Source: an uncultured Nitrososphaerota archaeon (lineage in GTDB: Archaea; Asgardarchaeota; Njordarchaeia; Njordarchaeales; Panguiarchaeaceae). From it: a DNA stretch of 28,218 bases. The notes beneath the pieces are model-generated. The model did not search any database, was not told where the DNA came from, and worked only from the letters and a program-made list of their open reading frames with translations. Shown here in pieces: positions 16,836-26,915 of the stretch. The stretch is from contig CAZWPQ010000005.1 in assembly GCA_964636085.1 (NCBI GenBank), forward strand, positions 1 to 28,218, read 5' to 3'. The position numbers were made by a program, and so were the translations under genes. Within the stretch, counting starts at the first letter, position 1; each line of letters opens with the position of its first letter.

Positions 16836-18653
16836 TTATTTTACTTTATATTTTGTCCTTAGTTCCTCGAAGTATTCTTCTGCCTTGTAATGCAAGATCT
16901 TTATGATGTCCCTGAAGGATATTTCCCCTATCAGTTTCCCTGTCTTTTTGTCCACTACTGGTAGCTCTGGTAGCTCGTTTTTGAGCATCTTATAAAGGGC
17001 TATCAATACACTATCCTTTGGGTACACATATACAAATTTACATTGTATTATATCCCTAACCCTCATTTTTTCCCATTTGCTCGGCGGGATATACATTAGT
17101 TGCCCAACAGTTACTATCCCCAAATAATTCCCCTCATCGTCGACCACGGGAAGAGCCATCCTTTTTGTATCCGAGAATACCCTCTCCAGCTCTATTAGGC
17201 TCAGTTTTTCATTGGCAACATGTATATCAGGAACAGCTATATTTTCAACAATTAGACTACTTAAGAACTCCGCTACAAACTCTCTTTCATGTAATGGTGA
17301 ATGCATCCTAATATCTATTTGCTTCTCATATATCGTTTCATCACCTGATACAAAGTAAGCTACAATTGATGCAAGAAAAGCTGGTGCTAGTATATTGTAG
17401 TCCCATGTCATCTCTGCAACCATGACTATAGATGCTATCGGTACCTTTGCCGCAGCCGCAAAGAAGCATCCCATTCCGACTAGTATGTATGCGCCCAACT
17501 CTCCAGCGTATCCTGGAGCAACCTCATTGAGGAGGAATCCTACCACTCCCCCTAGGAACCCGCCAATCACCAAACTAGGGGCGAATAATCCACCAGATCC
17601 ACCACTTCCAACTGTTAGACTCGTAACTATCATCTTCATGAAGAGGATAATAATCAATATCTCTATTACGCCTACTCCTTGTGTCATACTGCTTTTTAGC
17701 ATTTCACTTTTCCCTAATATTACGTATTGTATCCAACCATAGCCCGTCTCCAAAACCTGTGGCAAAAAGAAGCCCACTATCCCAACCAATAGCCCTCCTA
17801 TGGCGGGTTTAATATATCGAGGACATTGCACTCTTTCGAATAATCTATGCGTGTTTGTATAGACCCTAACATACACTCTCGCCAAGAGACCAGCCAGTAT
17901 CCCTAACATCGCATAGAATAGAAGCTGCGGAGGCGTAAATGAGTATTCAGGAACCTTGAATATGGGTTCCCAACCCAAGAACAGGGAGAATACTATATAT
18001 GCAACGAAGGTAGAGAGTACCGCTGGAACCAAGGCATCAACTTCATAGTCCCTACGATATAATGTTTCTATTCCGAAAATGGATCCACCTAAAGGTGCCC
18101 TAAATATACTACCGATACCTGCAGCCATTCCTGCAACAATCATAATCTCCCTTTCTCTATCGGATAACCTAAGTTTTGTAGCGATCACAGATGCTGCTCC
18201 TGCACCTATATGGGAGATGGGGCCCTCCCTACCTGCCGATCCTCCTGATCCTATGAGTACTGCTGATGTTACAGCTTTAAGCGGAGGTATGCTGGGTTTT
18301 ATGTATCCCCTCTTATTATGGAACGCATCAATGGTCGCGTCTGTTCCATCCCCCTCCGCTTCTGGCGCATATTTATAAGTCACCACGCCACTTATTAGAC
18401 CCCCAAAGGCGGGCAATATTATTATTATATATCTGCTTAGACGCAGATCTATTTCCATGCTCAAAAGCTCTTTTGTCTCTCCAAAAGGCACTGGTGGAGA
18501 ATAGCCCGCCAATCCCAATAAGAATTTCGTGGATATTTGAAGCAGAGTAAGAAATAGTACGGATCCCATACCTGCGATTACACCCACAAAAATCGACAAA
18601 AATATCGTTTTTAATGAAAGTGAAAATCTCGGTATATCGACGCTTGACGCCAT
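16836..18653 (-). CDS. ClC family Cl-/H+ antiporter with C-terminal CBS pair
   Basis: GDGTD, GSAGREGP (gating Glu), FRAPLGGSIFGIE, GGSGGLFAP, TIYEKQ; CBS motifs ALPVVDD and ELPVVDK. Confidence 0.95.
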   Translation of the reverse strand: MASSVDIPRFSLSLKTIFLSIFVGVIAGMGSVLFLTLLQISTKFLLGLAGYSPPVPFGETKELLSMEIDLRLSRYIIIILPAFGGLISGVVTYKYAPEAEGDGTDATIDAFHNKRGYIKPSIPPLKAVTSAVLIGSGGSAGREGPISHIGAGAASVIATKLRLSDREREIMIVAGMAAGIGSIFRAPLGGSIFGIETLYRRDYEVDALVPAVLSTFVAYIVFSLFLGWEPIFKVPEYSFTPPQLLFYAMLGILAGLLARVYVRVYTNTHRLFERVQCPRYIKPAIGGLLVGIVGFFLPQVLETGYGWIQYVILGKSEMLKSSMTQGVGVIEILIIILFMKMIVTSLTVGSGGSGGLFAPSLVIGGFLGGVVGFLLNEVAPGYAGELGAYILVGMGCFFAAAAKVPIASIVMVAEMTWDYNILAPAFLASIVAYFVSGDETIYEKQIDIRMHSPLHEREFVAEFLSSLIVENIAVPDIHVANEKLSLIELERVFSDTKRMALPVVDDEGNYLGIVTVGQLMYIPPSKWEKMRVRDIIQCKFVYVYPKDSVLIALYKMLKNELPELPVVDKKTGKLIGEISFRDIIKILHYKAEEYFEELRTKYKVK

Positions 18654-18668
18654 TATGTATCCCCCCCA

Positions 18669-18879
18669 CTAAAACCAGGAAATATATGCGTGGGATCTCT
18701 CCAAAATTATAGACAAATCAACTCCATAAAGGAAAGATTTGCTATCGACCTTGTCTACACAAAATATTTTGGATGATACCCGCGATGCCACTACTGGGAG
18801 AGCTTTCCTACTATTTAATACTATTTCAATAGTGGTTGATAAATCGTAACCTATATTCACAAGTCGGCACCATTACCAT
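18669..18879 (-). pseudogene. Small ORF, possible degraded CBS-domain remnant
   Basis: VNIGYDLSTTIEIVLNSRKALPVV resembles a CBS half-repeat; the upstream MVMVPT (ATG near 18879) is in another frame. Confidence 0.3.
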
Positions 18880-18970
18880 TTTAAAACTCGCCGATCAGTA
18901 CTAATATCATGATTAAGTTTTCGAAATAAACCAACCGCTTATATACCTCTGGAGATCAAAAAAATAATTA

Positions 18971-21900
18971 CTATTTAGATAGAGACCCAGAATGTTCTCC
19001 CTCTCGAGTTTTTACCCGCTTGAATAGCCCAGATATTTTCTCTTTTATATGGACTCTTTTAAGGGGAGTATACTTATATGCTAGATAAATAATCGTCGCC
19101 GCCGTGGCGATCATCAGACCTATAGTTATTGGGCCAATAATATAAATTGTTGTCTTAGTCGTTTTCCACAAATATACCTCCTTGGAGGCACCAAACATCC
19201 CTACTTTGACCCTAACTTTGTATTTCCCTAAATCTATCCTCTCGTATGATCTAACAATACCCTGATAGAGTAGGGTTCTATAGTAGCCATCTTTGACTGT
19301 AGATTTGATTATTAATTCCTTACCCTCTATTGTTAGGTCTGCTGTTTTCGGCGTTCTGAAGTCATATCTTATATTTACTTCGAGTGTAAAGAGTACATGG
19401 ATTTCACCAAGGTCATACGCATCTAATGGATACTCAATGCTCGTATCTATTAGCCACAACTTTGCTTTGCCATCACTATACCCCGTAAATATTGTGGAAT
19501 TTATAACCGTGACATTAGCTATGAATCCGGCATATATGGTCCAGTCGTACACTTCCGAGTCTTTTATGATATATTCAGCAAATAACTGATCGTTGAATAT
19601 CCTAGTTGTACTTTCAGTATTGATTTTGGGAAAAACATTCCCATAGATATATCCCATAACCACACCAATTGTAGAATTCGAGGAATACAGCTTCGAACCA
19701 GTGCTCAATGATGCTAATCTCATCCAGCTCGAGTTCAGCACTATATCTACTGCGGCTATTGATAAGAATTGAATTACATCCGACTCTCTAGCGTATATCT
19801 CGGAACTATCCGCTATCATTATATCGCTGGAACAATTCTGGAACTGAACTACGGAGCCGCTAACAGTGATGTTTATGTTGGTAATATTTGTTTCACGTAG
19901 AATCAGATCCCAATAAACATTATTACTGGTGATCATATCTGAATCTAAATACTCGTAGTATCCCTCCCTCAGATCGAAAACTTTTATCATCACATTACTA
20001 ATGTTTACATTTAGACCCACAGTTGCATCCTCCAGTATTATCGTCCCCTTCCCTATATCTATGGATGAAACATTTACATTATCAGCCTGTACATGTGTGT
20101 TAAATCCAATAACACTTACGCTACCTATGCTTGAATTTGATATCGAGACAGTTGCGAATTCAGAAACTGTGAGATACCACGCCTTAATATCAACATCATT
20201 GAAGGTTCCATTAGCCATTATCGGTATTTCATCTGGAGATGCCGCTGAATCAACATGCATTGGTGATAATGAAGATATTGACATTCTTGTGAATGCAACA
20301 TATACGTTTACTCCTATGGCTGAATCCTCAACAGTAAATTCTGAAGCATATAGTAACATGTTTCCTATCTCAGATTTCTGCACTTTCACGCTACAACCAT
20401 ATGCAGATAGACCAGTTGAATTAGAGTTCTCTATCTCCACGGTTGAATCAATAGCTTGGATATTGTCGAGCGACGAATTATAGATCGTTATATTTGACGC
20501 CCTTACAAACATTGTTCCTATTTTGGAGCCATAAATCTTTATGACCGATCCATAAGCATCGATGTCCAGGCCCATAATGGTTACATTATGCAGATACACG
20601 TTTGGTATTATATATCCCGTAAAGTTCCATTCTATGCTATCGATCCCATCCAACTCTAAATTATCTATATTCATCACATAAACATACAGCATTGTTATCG
20701 AATCAAATATATTCACACTGGTCACGGAGCCCGAATCCATGTATACCAAAGTGTAGCCATATATGTATGTACGCCTCATAGTAAGAGAGGCATTGTAGGC
20801 TATTCCTATTGATAGCAATGCCGAATTCTCCACGCATATGTCAACATCGCCGTTGATTCCCACACCCATTATTGACCATGCATATAAAGAGGAATTAGTC
20901 GCATTTATCCTCGTATTTATATCACCCATAACATAGTCATCTAGACTGAAAGAATCGTAGTGTCCTGGCAACAGCTCCCGCACATATAGGGACCCAGACA
21001 TTATATAGAGCACTGGGCCTAGGAGAGAGCCTGTAGCGTCTATCTTTGAGTCATATATGTATAGGATAGGTAGTGTGGAGCTATCCACAGATACATTAGA
21101 TTTCCACACAAAACTGATTCCATACATATCGGAGTCCTTAATGGTTACATTTGATCCAAAAGCTACGAAGAATGATGATGTCTTTATACCATTTATTATA
21201 GCTTTAGAGTTTGAAACGTAGAGATCGACAAGCATAGAATCTTCCAATACTACGTCACACATATCAAAGTCAAATGCCCAAGATACCCAGGAATCATCAA
21301 TTCGTACCGACCAATCCAACGAAACACCTAGCGTATCTTGGGATTCCCATGATTCTATATAGTTTGGCCTATAGTTCTTTAGATGGATGTTCTTTCCCAC
21401 AAAAGCCATATATATTGTAGCTACGGATTCCCTAACGCTTATAGATACATTCTGTATAGCTGCGATGTATCCACCATAGGAATTGTTAATTGATATATGA
21501 GCATCAGTACCCATTCCTGCTAGGAATGCAAAACTGGATTTGGAGACAAAAGCCCTTGCGTAGCCCAATACGTACAGGGAATCGAGTAGAGAATCATGGA
21601 TATCCAAGATTGCTCTTCCCGACATGTATATTGAAGATATCAGTGAGCCATTAATCTCTACTGTTGAATTGTGAGTTGCCCTTAGAAGCATTACTGATGC
21701 TTCATTAATATCTATTGTGCTATTATAGTATGAGAATATCCAACCCAGCTCACAATCATGTATTCGCAGTTTCGAATTAAACAAAATTATATCCCATCCC
21801 ACCACAATTACATCATTAATGACAAGCCTCCAACCGTTTGTATTATTGATGGTTAAAACATCTATAGAACCAGGGTATATTCCCGATATATTCGCCTCGG

Positions 21901-24900
21901 TGTTATTATAGGTCAAACCAAACCATACCTCGCCCCCCTTAACTATGACTTCGACATGATCGTATATCCTTAACCAATAAATTACATCCGTATTATACAG
22001 CTCTGCATAGCATTCTTGTTTGCAGTCTAGTAATACCATACGAGAATCATTTATTTTGACCGAGGAGCGATCTCTCACAACAAATTCTACTACTTCACTT
22101 GCACAGATATCGGCCTGCGATCCCTCTTCTAGATATATCTGATATATGTATGACTCATTTACAACTATATCAACATTGACTCCATGGACTACAAATACCC
22201 GTGATTTGTTTATTTTAATTTCGCAATCAGCTATTCGGGCTAGGGTTATGTTGGATTCATCCATCGCCAAGTCTATGGCTCCATATATCATGGTGCTTGT
22301 GGATGAATTCATGTAGAGCTCTGTATTGCTCCCTTCGACCCTAACTATTGACGTGTTTACAGCTTGGATATTCGAGGAGTATGTCTCTATATTTGCAATC
22401 TTACTGGCTACTATTCTAATCTCGGCGCTACGTATATGTAGACTCCAATATATTACTTCTGTATTTACTAGGTCGATCGTGGAGTTAGATATAATCAATA
22501 AATATGATGTATAGTTTGATGGTTCGAGTTCGATATTCTCTGAAGAGTCCATAACGTACATCATTATTCCCATAGTTGAGTCTATAGATTCTATAGTTGA
22601 GTTATATATCGTGAGACTAGCGACTTTTGATGATACAATATATATCTCTGTCTTGTTTGCAACTACAATATCTATTGAGGAATTCGTTATGTTTAGTGCC
22701 GCACCCACGCACATAATTGAGAGCCCAGCATAACTGGTGTTTATTTCTCCTAGGATGCCCATTGTTGACAAGTTGTAATAGTCGATAAAACCACTATGCC
22801 AGTTATTTACTTCCTCTGTTATATTTATAAGCATAAGTTGAAGTGTTGAGTTATAGGCATTTATGTCTGAAGAGTTATCGTATACCATCACATTGTTGAT
22901 AATGCCGTCAGTTATGTTTAGCGTGGAATTTATTAGATCAACGATAATGGCTACCGATGAATTCCTTATATCCACCCTAGAATTATTTGTACACATACAG
23001 ATACCTATAACAATGCTGTTTTCAATGGTTATGTTGGAGGCCCATGCTGTTATATTATTCACCAATACTATGGAGTTCTTTACGAGTAAGGAACCATTAT
23101 TCATATATATATTCCCCCCGAAAACAATGGTCTTATTCTCGATCAAATATGTCTCGTTTTCTATGTTTAGGCTATCATAAAATTCGGCCCGTATTGGTTT
23201 TCGGGTGAATAGTGTGGGGTCTCCAAGCAAGTTGTATTCCGCCACAGTTTTCCAATCCAGATAATATCCAGCCAATGTATTCCTTATGCCATGCTTCGTG
23301 ATATACTCAGATATTGCCCTCGCCCATATAGCACCTAGGGTGGTATTGATTTTACTTGTGTGGTCAAAGTATGCCCTTATTGTTCTCCAGACCATCTCCC
23401 CCATTAGGCCACTTGTTACTAGTTCTCCTATATATCCCCAAGCAAGTCTTGATGATCCTAGGAAAGCTATTGCTCCGCCATTTGGATTCAATATTAGCGC
23501 TTCTCCTATTCCATCCACCTCTGCAAATCTACCTGCATCACACGACAATGCTACGAAAATTGGATAGATCTTATTTCTCTGGGATAATGCATCTCCTATG
23601 GAATATGTTTCTGAGAATGTAACCACGAGACTATCATGCGTGCCGTGACCGGTAAATGCGACTAATGAATACCCCTCATCCATCTCCTGTATGAACGTGG
23701 TTCTGGTAAGGTTGCCGAAGGTCTCATATATCCTTGTTATTGTAGCATTCCTAACAAATTTGCTGGAGTACTCTAATAGATATTCGCCTTCTGGATATCC
23801 TACCATAAATGTATCAGTGCCGACGAACAGTACTCTAGATTGTAATGAGTCTATCGGTCTATATCTGCTTATTTTATCTATATACATCATTGCCTCTGTA
23901 AGATTACTCACACTTATCCTACCCACCAATACGTCTGGCCATCCATCAACATTATCGTGCTCTAGGTCTCCCCAGTGTCCATCATTGTTGTCATCCCAAG
24001 TATTGTCTAGGTCGGCATAGTATAAATCTGTTTCAACGATATCACCGTCTATGTTCGGATTATTATCAAATGCACCATCAGGGATATATGCATACCTTAC
24101 TGGAACAACATCTGTGTCTCCTAGGATTATCACAAATTTTATTCCGAAATTCCTCCATGCATATTTTATATATTTTCTAATGCTCTCTTGTCTATCCCTC
24201 CCCTCGAATGCTATATTGTCGTATATATCCTCCACATACATGATCTTTATGCGAAATCCCTCTCTCTCCTTGATCCCCTGAAGCCTCTCTGCAGCTTGCT
24301 GTAATTTCTTTGAGGTTATTATGAGTACATCATATGTTACTTCCTTAATACCTAACTTAGGTGATCTTAAATATGTTACTTTTATTCTCATAGACACAAT
24401 ACGTTTTGCAACATTATCGTTTAGAGCTACATATGTCTGGGTCCTCATGATTAGAAATTTGTGTGGCTTCAATGTTAATGGATCTATGCCAGAACGGATA
24501 TCATATCTTATGTAGCCCAACAAATCCCTATCATGTACATCGATTATACCCCCCTGCTCCGCTGAAAGGTCAAGATTTTTGAACCGCATTGGCAAATTTA
24601 TGAGACGCGTCTCTATATCTAGAACACTAACATTTATTACCCATGAGTCATATGGTAGCTTTATAAGAGTTATATTCATCGGAGGCGGCGCCCTGCATCT
24701 TATTGGAGCTAAATTCCCACTAGGGACATCTATACCGACATAACATGGGGTGTCTGGATACATCAATGATCCGCCAAATCTTAGATCCACAATGAGCTCT
24801 TTTACTCCTGCACTGATCATTGGTTTCAAAAATTCTTTGTCTAGAAACCATCTAGTTGGAAGTCTTGGCAACGCTTTTGATGATTGATCACTATAAGTAT

Positions 24901-24997
24901 GGATAGGCCCTCTATTGTTGGAAATAACATAGTTTATTTGGCTTGGCCAAGTCGATAATATTATCACGAGTACTACCGCGATTGAACCCTTCCTCAA
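18971..24997 (-). CDS. Giant membrane-anchored gingipain-family (peptidase C25) protease with long beta-helical repeat region
   Basis: Signal peptide, then a prodomain-sized region. C25 domain at about 23216-24334 (YDVLIIT, VIILGD, TDLYYADLD, VGRI, FTGHG catalytic His, LSCDAG catalytic Cys, GGAIAFLGSSR, YNLLGDP). About 1250 aa of I-x-N/D-S-x-I repeats follow, then a C-terminal TM and basic tail. TTG start behind a GAGGGTGA SD. Confidence 0.93.
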   Translation of the reverse strand: MRKGSIAVVLVIILSTWPSQINYVISNNRGPIHTYSDQSSKALPRLPTRWFLDKEFLKPMISAGVKELIVDLRFGGSLMYPDTPCYVGIDVPSGNLAPIRCRAPPPMNITLIKLPYDSWVINVSVLDIETRLINLPMRFKNLDLSAEQGGIIDVHDRDLLGYIRYDIRSGIDPLTLKPHKFLIMRTQTYVALNDNVAKRIVSMRIKVTYLRSPKLGIKEVTYDVLIITSKKLQQAAERLQGIKEREGFRIKIMYVEDIYDNIAFEGRDRQESIRKYIKYAWRNFGIKFVIILGDTDVVPVRYAYIPDGAFDNNPNIDGDIVETDLYYADLDNTWDDNNDGHWGDLEHDNVDGWPDVLVGRISVSNLTEAMMYIDKISRYRPIDSLQSRVLFVGTDTFMVGYPEGEYLLEYSSKFVRNATITRIYETFGNLTRTTFIQEMDEGYSLVAFTGHGTHDSLVVTFSETYSIGDALSQRNKIYPIFVALSCDAGRFAEVDGIGEALILNPNGGAIAFLGSSRLAWGYIGELVTSGLMGEMVWRTIRAYFDHTSKINTTLGAIWARAISEYITKHGIRNTLAGYYLDWKTVAEYNLLGDPTLFTRKPIRAEFYDSLNIENETYLIENKTIVFGGNIYMNNGSLLVKNSIVLVNNITAWASNITIENSIVIGICMCTNNSRVDIRNSSVAIIVDLINSTLNITDGIINNVMVYDNSSDINAYNSTLQLMLINITEEVNNWHSGFIDYYNLSTMGILGEINTSYAGLSIMCVGAALNITNSSIDIVVANKTEIYIVSSKVASLTIYNSTIESIDSTMGIMMYVMDSSENIELEPSNYTSYLLIISNSTIDLVNTEVIYWSLHIRSAEIRIVASKIANIETYSSNIQAVNTSIVRVEGSNTELYMNSSTSTMIYGAIDLAMDESNITLARIADCEIKINKSRVFVVHGVNVDIVVNESYIYQIYLEEGSQADICASEVVEFVVRDRSSVKINDSRMVLLDCKQECYAELYNTDVIYWLRIYDHVEVIVKGGEVWFGLTYNNTEANISGIYPGSIDVLTINNTNGWRLVINDVIVVGWDIILFNSKLRIHDCELGWIFSYYNSTIDINEASVMLLRATHNSTVEINGSLISSIYMSGRAILDIHDSLLDSLYVLGYARAFVSKSSFAFLAGMGTDAHISINNSYGGYIAAIQNVSISVRESVATIYMAFVGKNIHLKNYRPNYIESWESQDTLGVSLDWSVRIDDSWVSWAFDFDMCDVVLEDSMLVDLYVSNSKAIINGIKTSSFFVAFGSNVTIKDSDMYGISFVWKSNVSVDSSTLPILYIYDSKIDATGSLLGPVLYIMSGSLYVRELLPGHYDSFSLDDYVMGDINTRINATNSSLYAWSIMGVGINGDVDICVENSALLSIGIAYNASLTMRRTYIYGYTLVYMDSGSVTSVNIFDSITMLYVYVMNIDNLELDGIDSIEWNFTGYIIPNVYLHNVTIMGLDIDAYGSVIKIYGSKIGTMFVRASNITIYNSSLDNIQAIDSTVEIENSNSTGLSAYGCSVKVQKSEIGNMLLYASEFTVEDSAIGVNVYVAFTRMSISSLSPMHVDSAASPDEIPIMANGTFNDVDIKAWYLTVSEFATVSISNSSIGSVSVIGFNTHVQADNVNVSSIDIGKGTIILEDATVGLNVNISNVMIKVFDLREGYYEYLDSDMITSNNVYWDLILRETNITNINITVSGSVVQFQNCSSDIMIADSSEIYARESDVIQFLSIAAVDIVLNSSWMRLASLSTGSKLYSSNSTIGVVMGYIYGNVFPKINTESTTRIFNDQLFAEYIIKDSEVYDWTIYAGFIANVTVINSTIFTGYSDGKAKLWLIDTSIEYPLDAYDLGEIHVLFTLEVNIRYDFRTPKTADLTIEGKELIIKSTVKDGYYRTLLYQGIVRSYERIDLGKYKVRVKVGMFGASKEVYLWKTTKTTIYIIGPITIGLMIATAATIIYLAYKYTPLKRVHIKEKISGLFKRVKTREGEHSGSLSK

Positions 24998-25887
24998 TTT
25001 TCATCACCCTCTACAGCTGAAGGTATTTTCTCTGGGGGATGCAATAGAGTTTGTATGTTTTTCCTTGCTTCGATCATCATTTTTCTTCCCGAACCAATCA
25101 TCATCATTCCTATAATGAATAGGAAAAACGAGATCATAGCAAAAGAGGGGATAAAAATACTTAATATGTCCAATACGCCACTTGCAATATACATTGATGC
25201 TCCACTTCTCATTTTTTTGAGCCCTTCCCACATTCTATTTGTCACCATTGCTCCCATATAACTACCAAACATAGATGCCTTGTCGCTCTCCACGCTGACC
25301 TGCTGGGCTATGACTGACTGTAAATCATATACTTCTTTTTCCAATTCAGCTACCGTTTTTCTTACGCTCAATCCTAAAAATATGAAGGCAAGACCAATAC
25401 TTACATTTATTATTATCCCGCCAGCAAATACAATGACTTGTACTCTTGTCATTATGTCATAGAGGCCTTCATTCAGCTCGTGAATAGAAAGAAGGGGAAA
25501 TTTCTTTACATAATCCATGAGTTGCGATCTAATATCCAGCGAGTATAATGACAATACAAGCTCTGCTATACCACTAGCTAGGAACATTACTCCAGATAGG
25601 ATATTATATTTTTCCTTTCTCTCGAAAATTAGCGTTGATATGAAAATATATACAGTTATTATGAACCAAAGAAACCCAGAAATTGCCTGAATTAGCAATA
25701 TTTTTGCTTGCATGGCTAGAAGGGTCCTATAGTAAAGTTTCTTTGCAACTTCATTTGATTTAGAATATATGGAGAAGGCGATGAAGTTCATAGCAAACGT
25801 CATAAACCATAAAAACAATATCGCAGATGATATGATTCGATGAATGTTTTTCTCTTCTGGCTCTCCAGTTAAGATGAATTGCATCAT
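24994..25887 (-). CDS. Hypothetical ~6-TM membrane protein (DUF973/DUF996-like C-terminal hairpin)
   Basis: Six hydrophobic segments with a helical soluble insert; stop overlaps the C25 start (TTGA). Confidence 0.75.
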   Translation of the reverse strand: MMQFILTGEPEEKNIHRIISSAILFLWFMTFAMNFIAFSIYSKSNEVAKKLYYRTLLAMQAKILLIQAISGFLWFIITVYIFISTLIFERKEKYNILSGVMFLASGIAELVLSLYSLDIRSQLMDYVKKFPLLSIHELNEGLYDIMTRVQVIVFAGGIIINVSIGLAFIFLGLSVRKTVAELEKEVYDLQSVIAQQVSVESDKASMFGSYMGAMVTNRMWEGLKKMRSGASMYIASGVLDILSIFIPSFAMISFFLFIIGMMMIGSGRKMMIEARKNIQTLLHPPEKIPSAVEGDEN

Positions 25888-25977
25888 AGGGTACCTGTTG
25901 ATGTTTTATATCTTTACAAAATATCTCAAAAGACATTAAAAATTACAAAGACATGATATGGGTATATAAAAAATGTG

Positions 25978-26829
25978 CTAGCCTAGTTGGAACGATGGAG
26001 TAGATAGCCTTACAATCCTACCATTTACGAACGTTTTTACCTCAATTGCATCAGTAAGTATGCTTGTATTTATTTTCTTCATCAATATTTCCTCCACCTG
26101 GAAAATGCCTGCTGGATCCACCATATCCACATCTATCCTCACGGGTTTTACATCGCCCCTCCTTATCTCAACTTCTCTAATACTTAGAGCCGATACGCTG
26201 TGTATATCGACCTTACCAATGTTATATGGCATCCTGCTTCTCCCAGCAGCCATGTCACAACCATCCGCAACTTTTACCGTTGATGCCTCTACTGTATAGG
26301 CAAAAACCTCATCATCATGCGAAAATATCGAGTTCATTATATGCGCATATATCAACCATCTTTTTCTTCTCGATTCTCCCTTCCAAAACTTATTAACATA
26401 CCTCCATACAATCCTATTCCCTACAACAACAGAGAATCCGTAGTGAAATGCTCTATGTACCATGTTACCCAGATCATGTATAAAAGCCGCCAATGCTACA
26501 ACAGCCGCAGCTTCGTCGAATGAGCCCACCTCATGTATCACCATATGTGGAGGATACTTATCCTTCAATAATATCAATATCTTAAGAGCGTTTCTAGCTG
26601 TTATTATTGCATGAGATCTACCATGATCATTATAATGGAGATACTTCACCATTAAATGATTATTCGCGAACTGTGCCGCGGAGATTTCTGGATCCCCCAA
26701 CATGAACTCTACCAATTCGGTCGTCTTTTCTAGCCCCTCTTTTTTTGGGATTTCCTTAAGTTCCTTTAGTATGTTCTTAATATACATCTTCTCTGGAACA
26801 GAGGTCTTTATCTCAAAATATTCGCTCAT
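25978..26829 (-). CDS. HD-superfamily metal-dependent phosphohydrolase (COG3294-like)
   Basis: YNDHGRSH, FIHDLGNMVHR, SHD, VKVADGCDM..GRSR, DIHSVSA, AGIFQVEE. Confidence 0.92.
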   Translation of the reverse strand: MSEYFEIKTSVPEKMYIKNILKELKEIPKKEGLEKTTELVEFMLGDPEISAAQFANNHLMVKYLHYNDHGRSHAIITARNALKILILLKDKYPPHMVIHEVGSFDEAAAVVALAAFIHDLGNMVHRAFHYGFSVVVGNRIVWRYVNKFWKGESRRKRWLIYAHIMNSIFSHDDEVFAYTVEASTVKVADGCDMAAGRSRMPYNIGKVDIHSVSALSIREVEIRRGDVKPVRIDVDMVDPAGIFQVEEILMKKINTSILTDAIEVKTFVNGRIVRLSTPSFQLG

Positions 26830-26915
26830 TCTTTGTCCCCTTCACAGCAAAGAATATATATTTATAATAACCCATTAAAAAAGAATTGAAAGCTGGTCTT
26901 AATCACGGGAATGTT

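Noticed and set aside
18893-18912. C/D-box-like ATGATA...CTGA on the minus strand
   Set aside because: Spacing too short, imperfect C box and no second box pair
19293-24515. Numerous plus-strand ORFs inside the 2008-aa gene
   Set aside because: Antisense shadows of a low-complexity coding region
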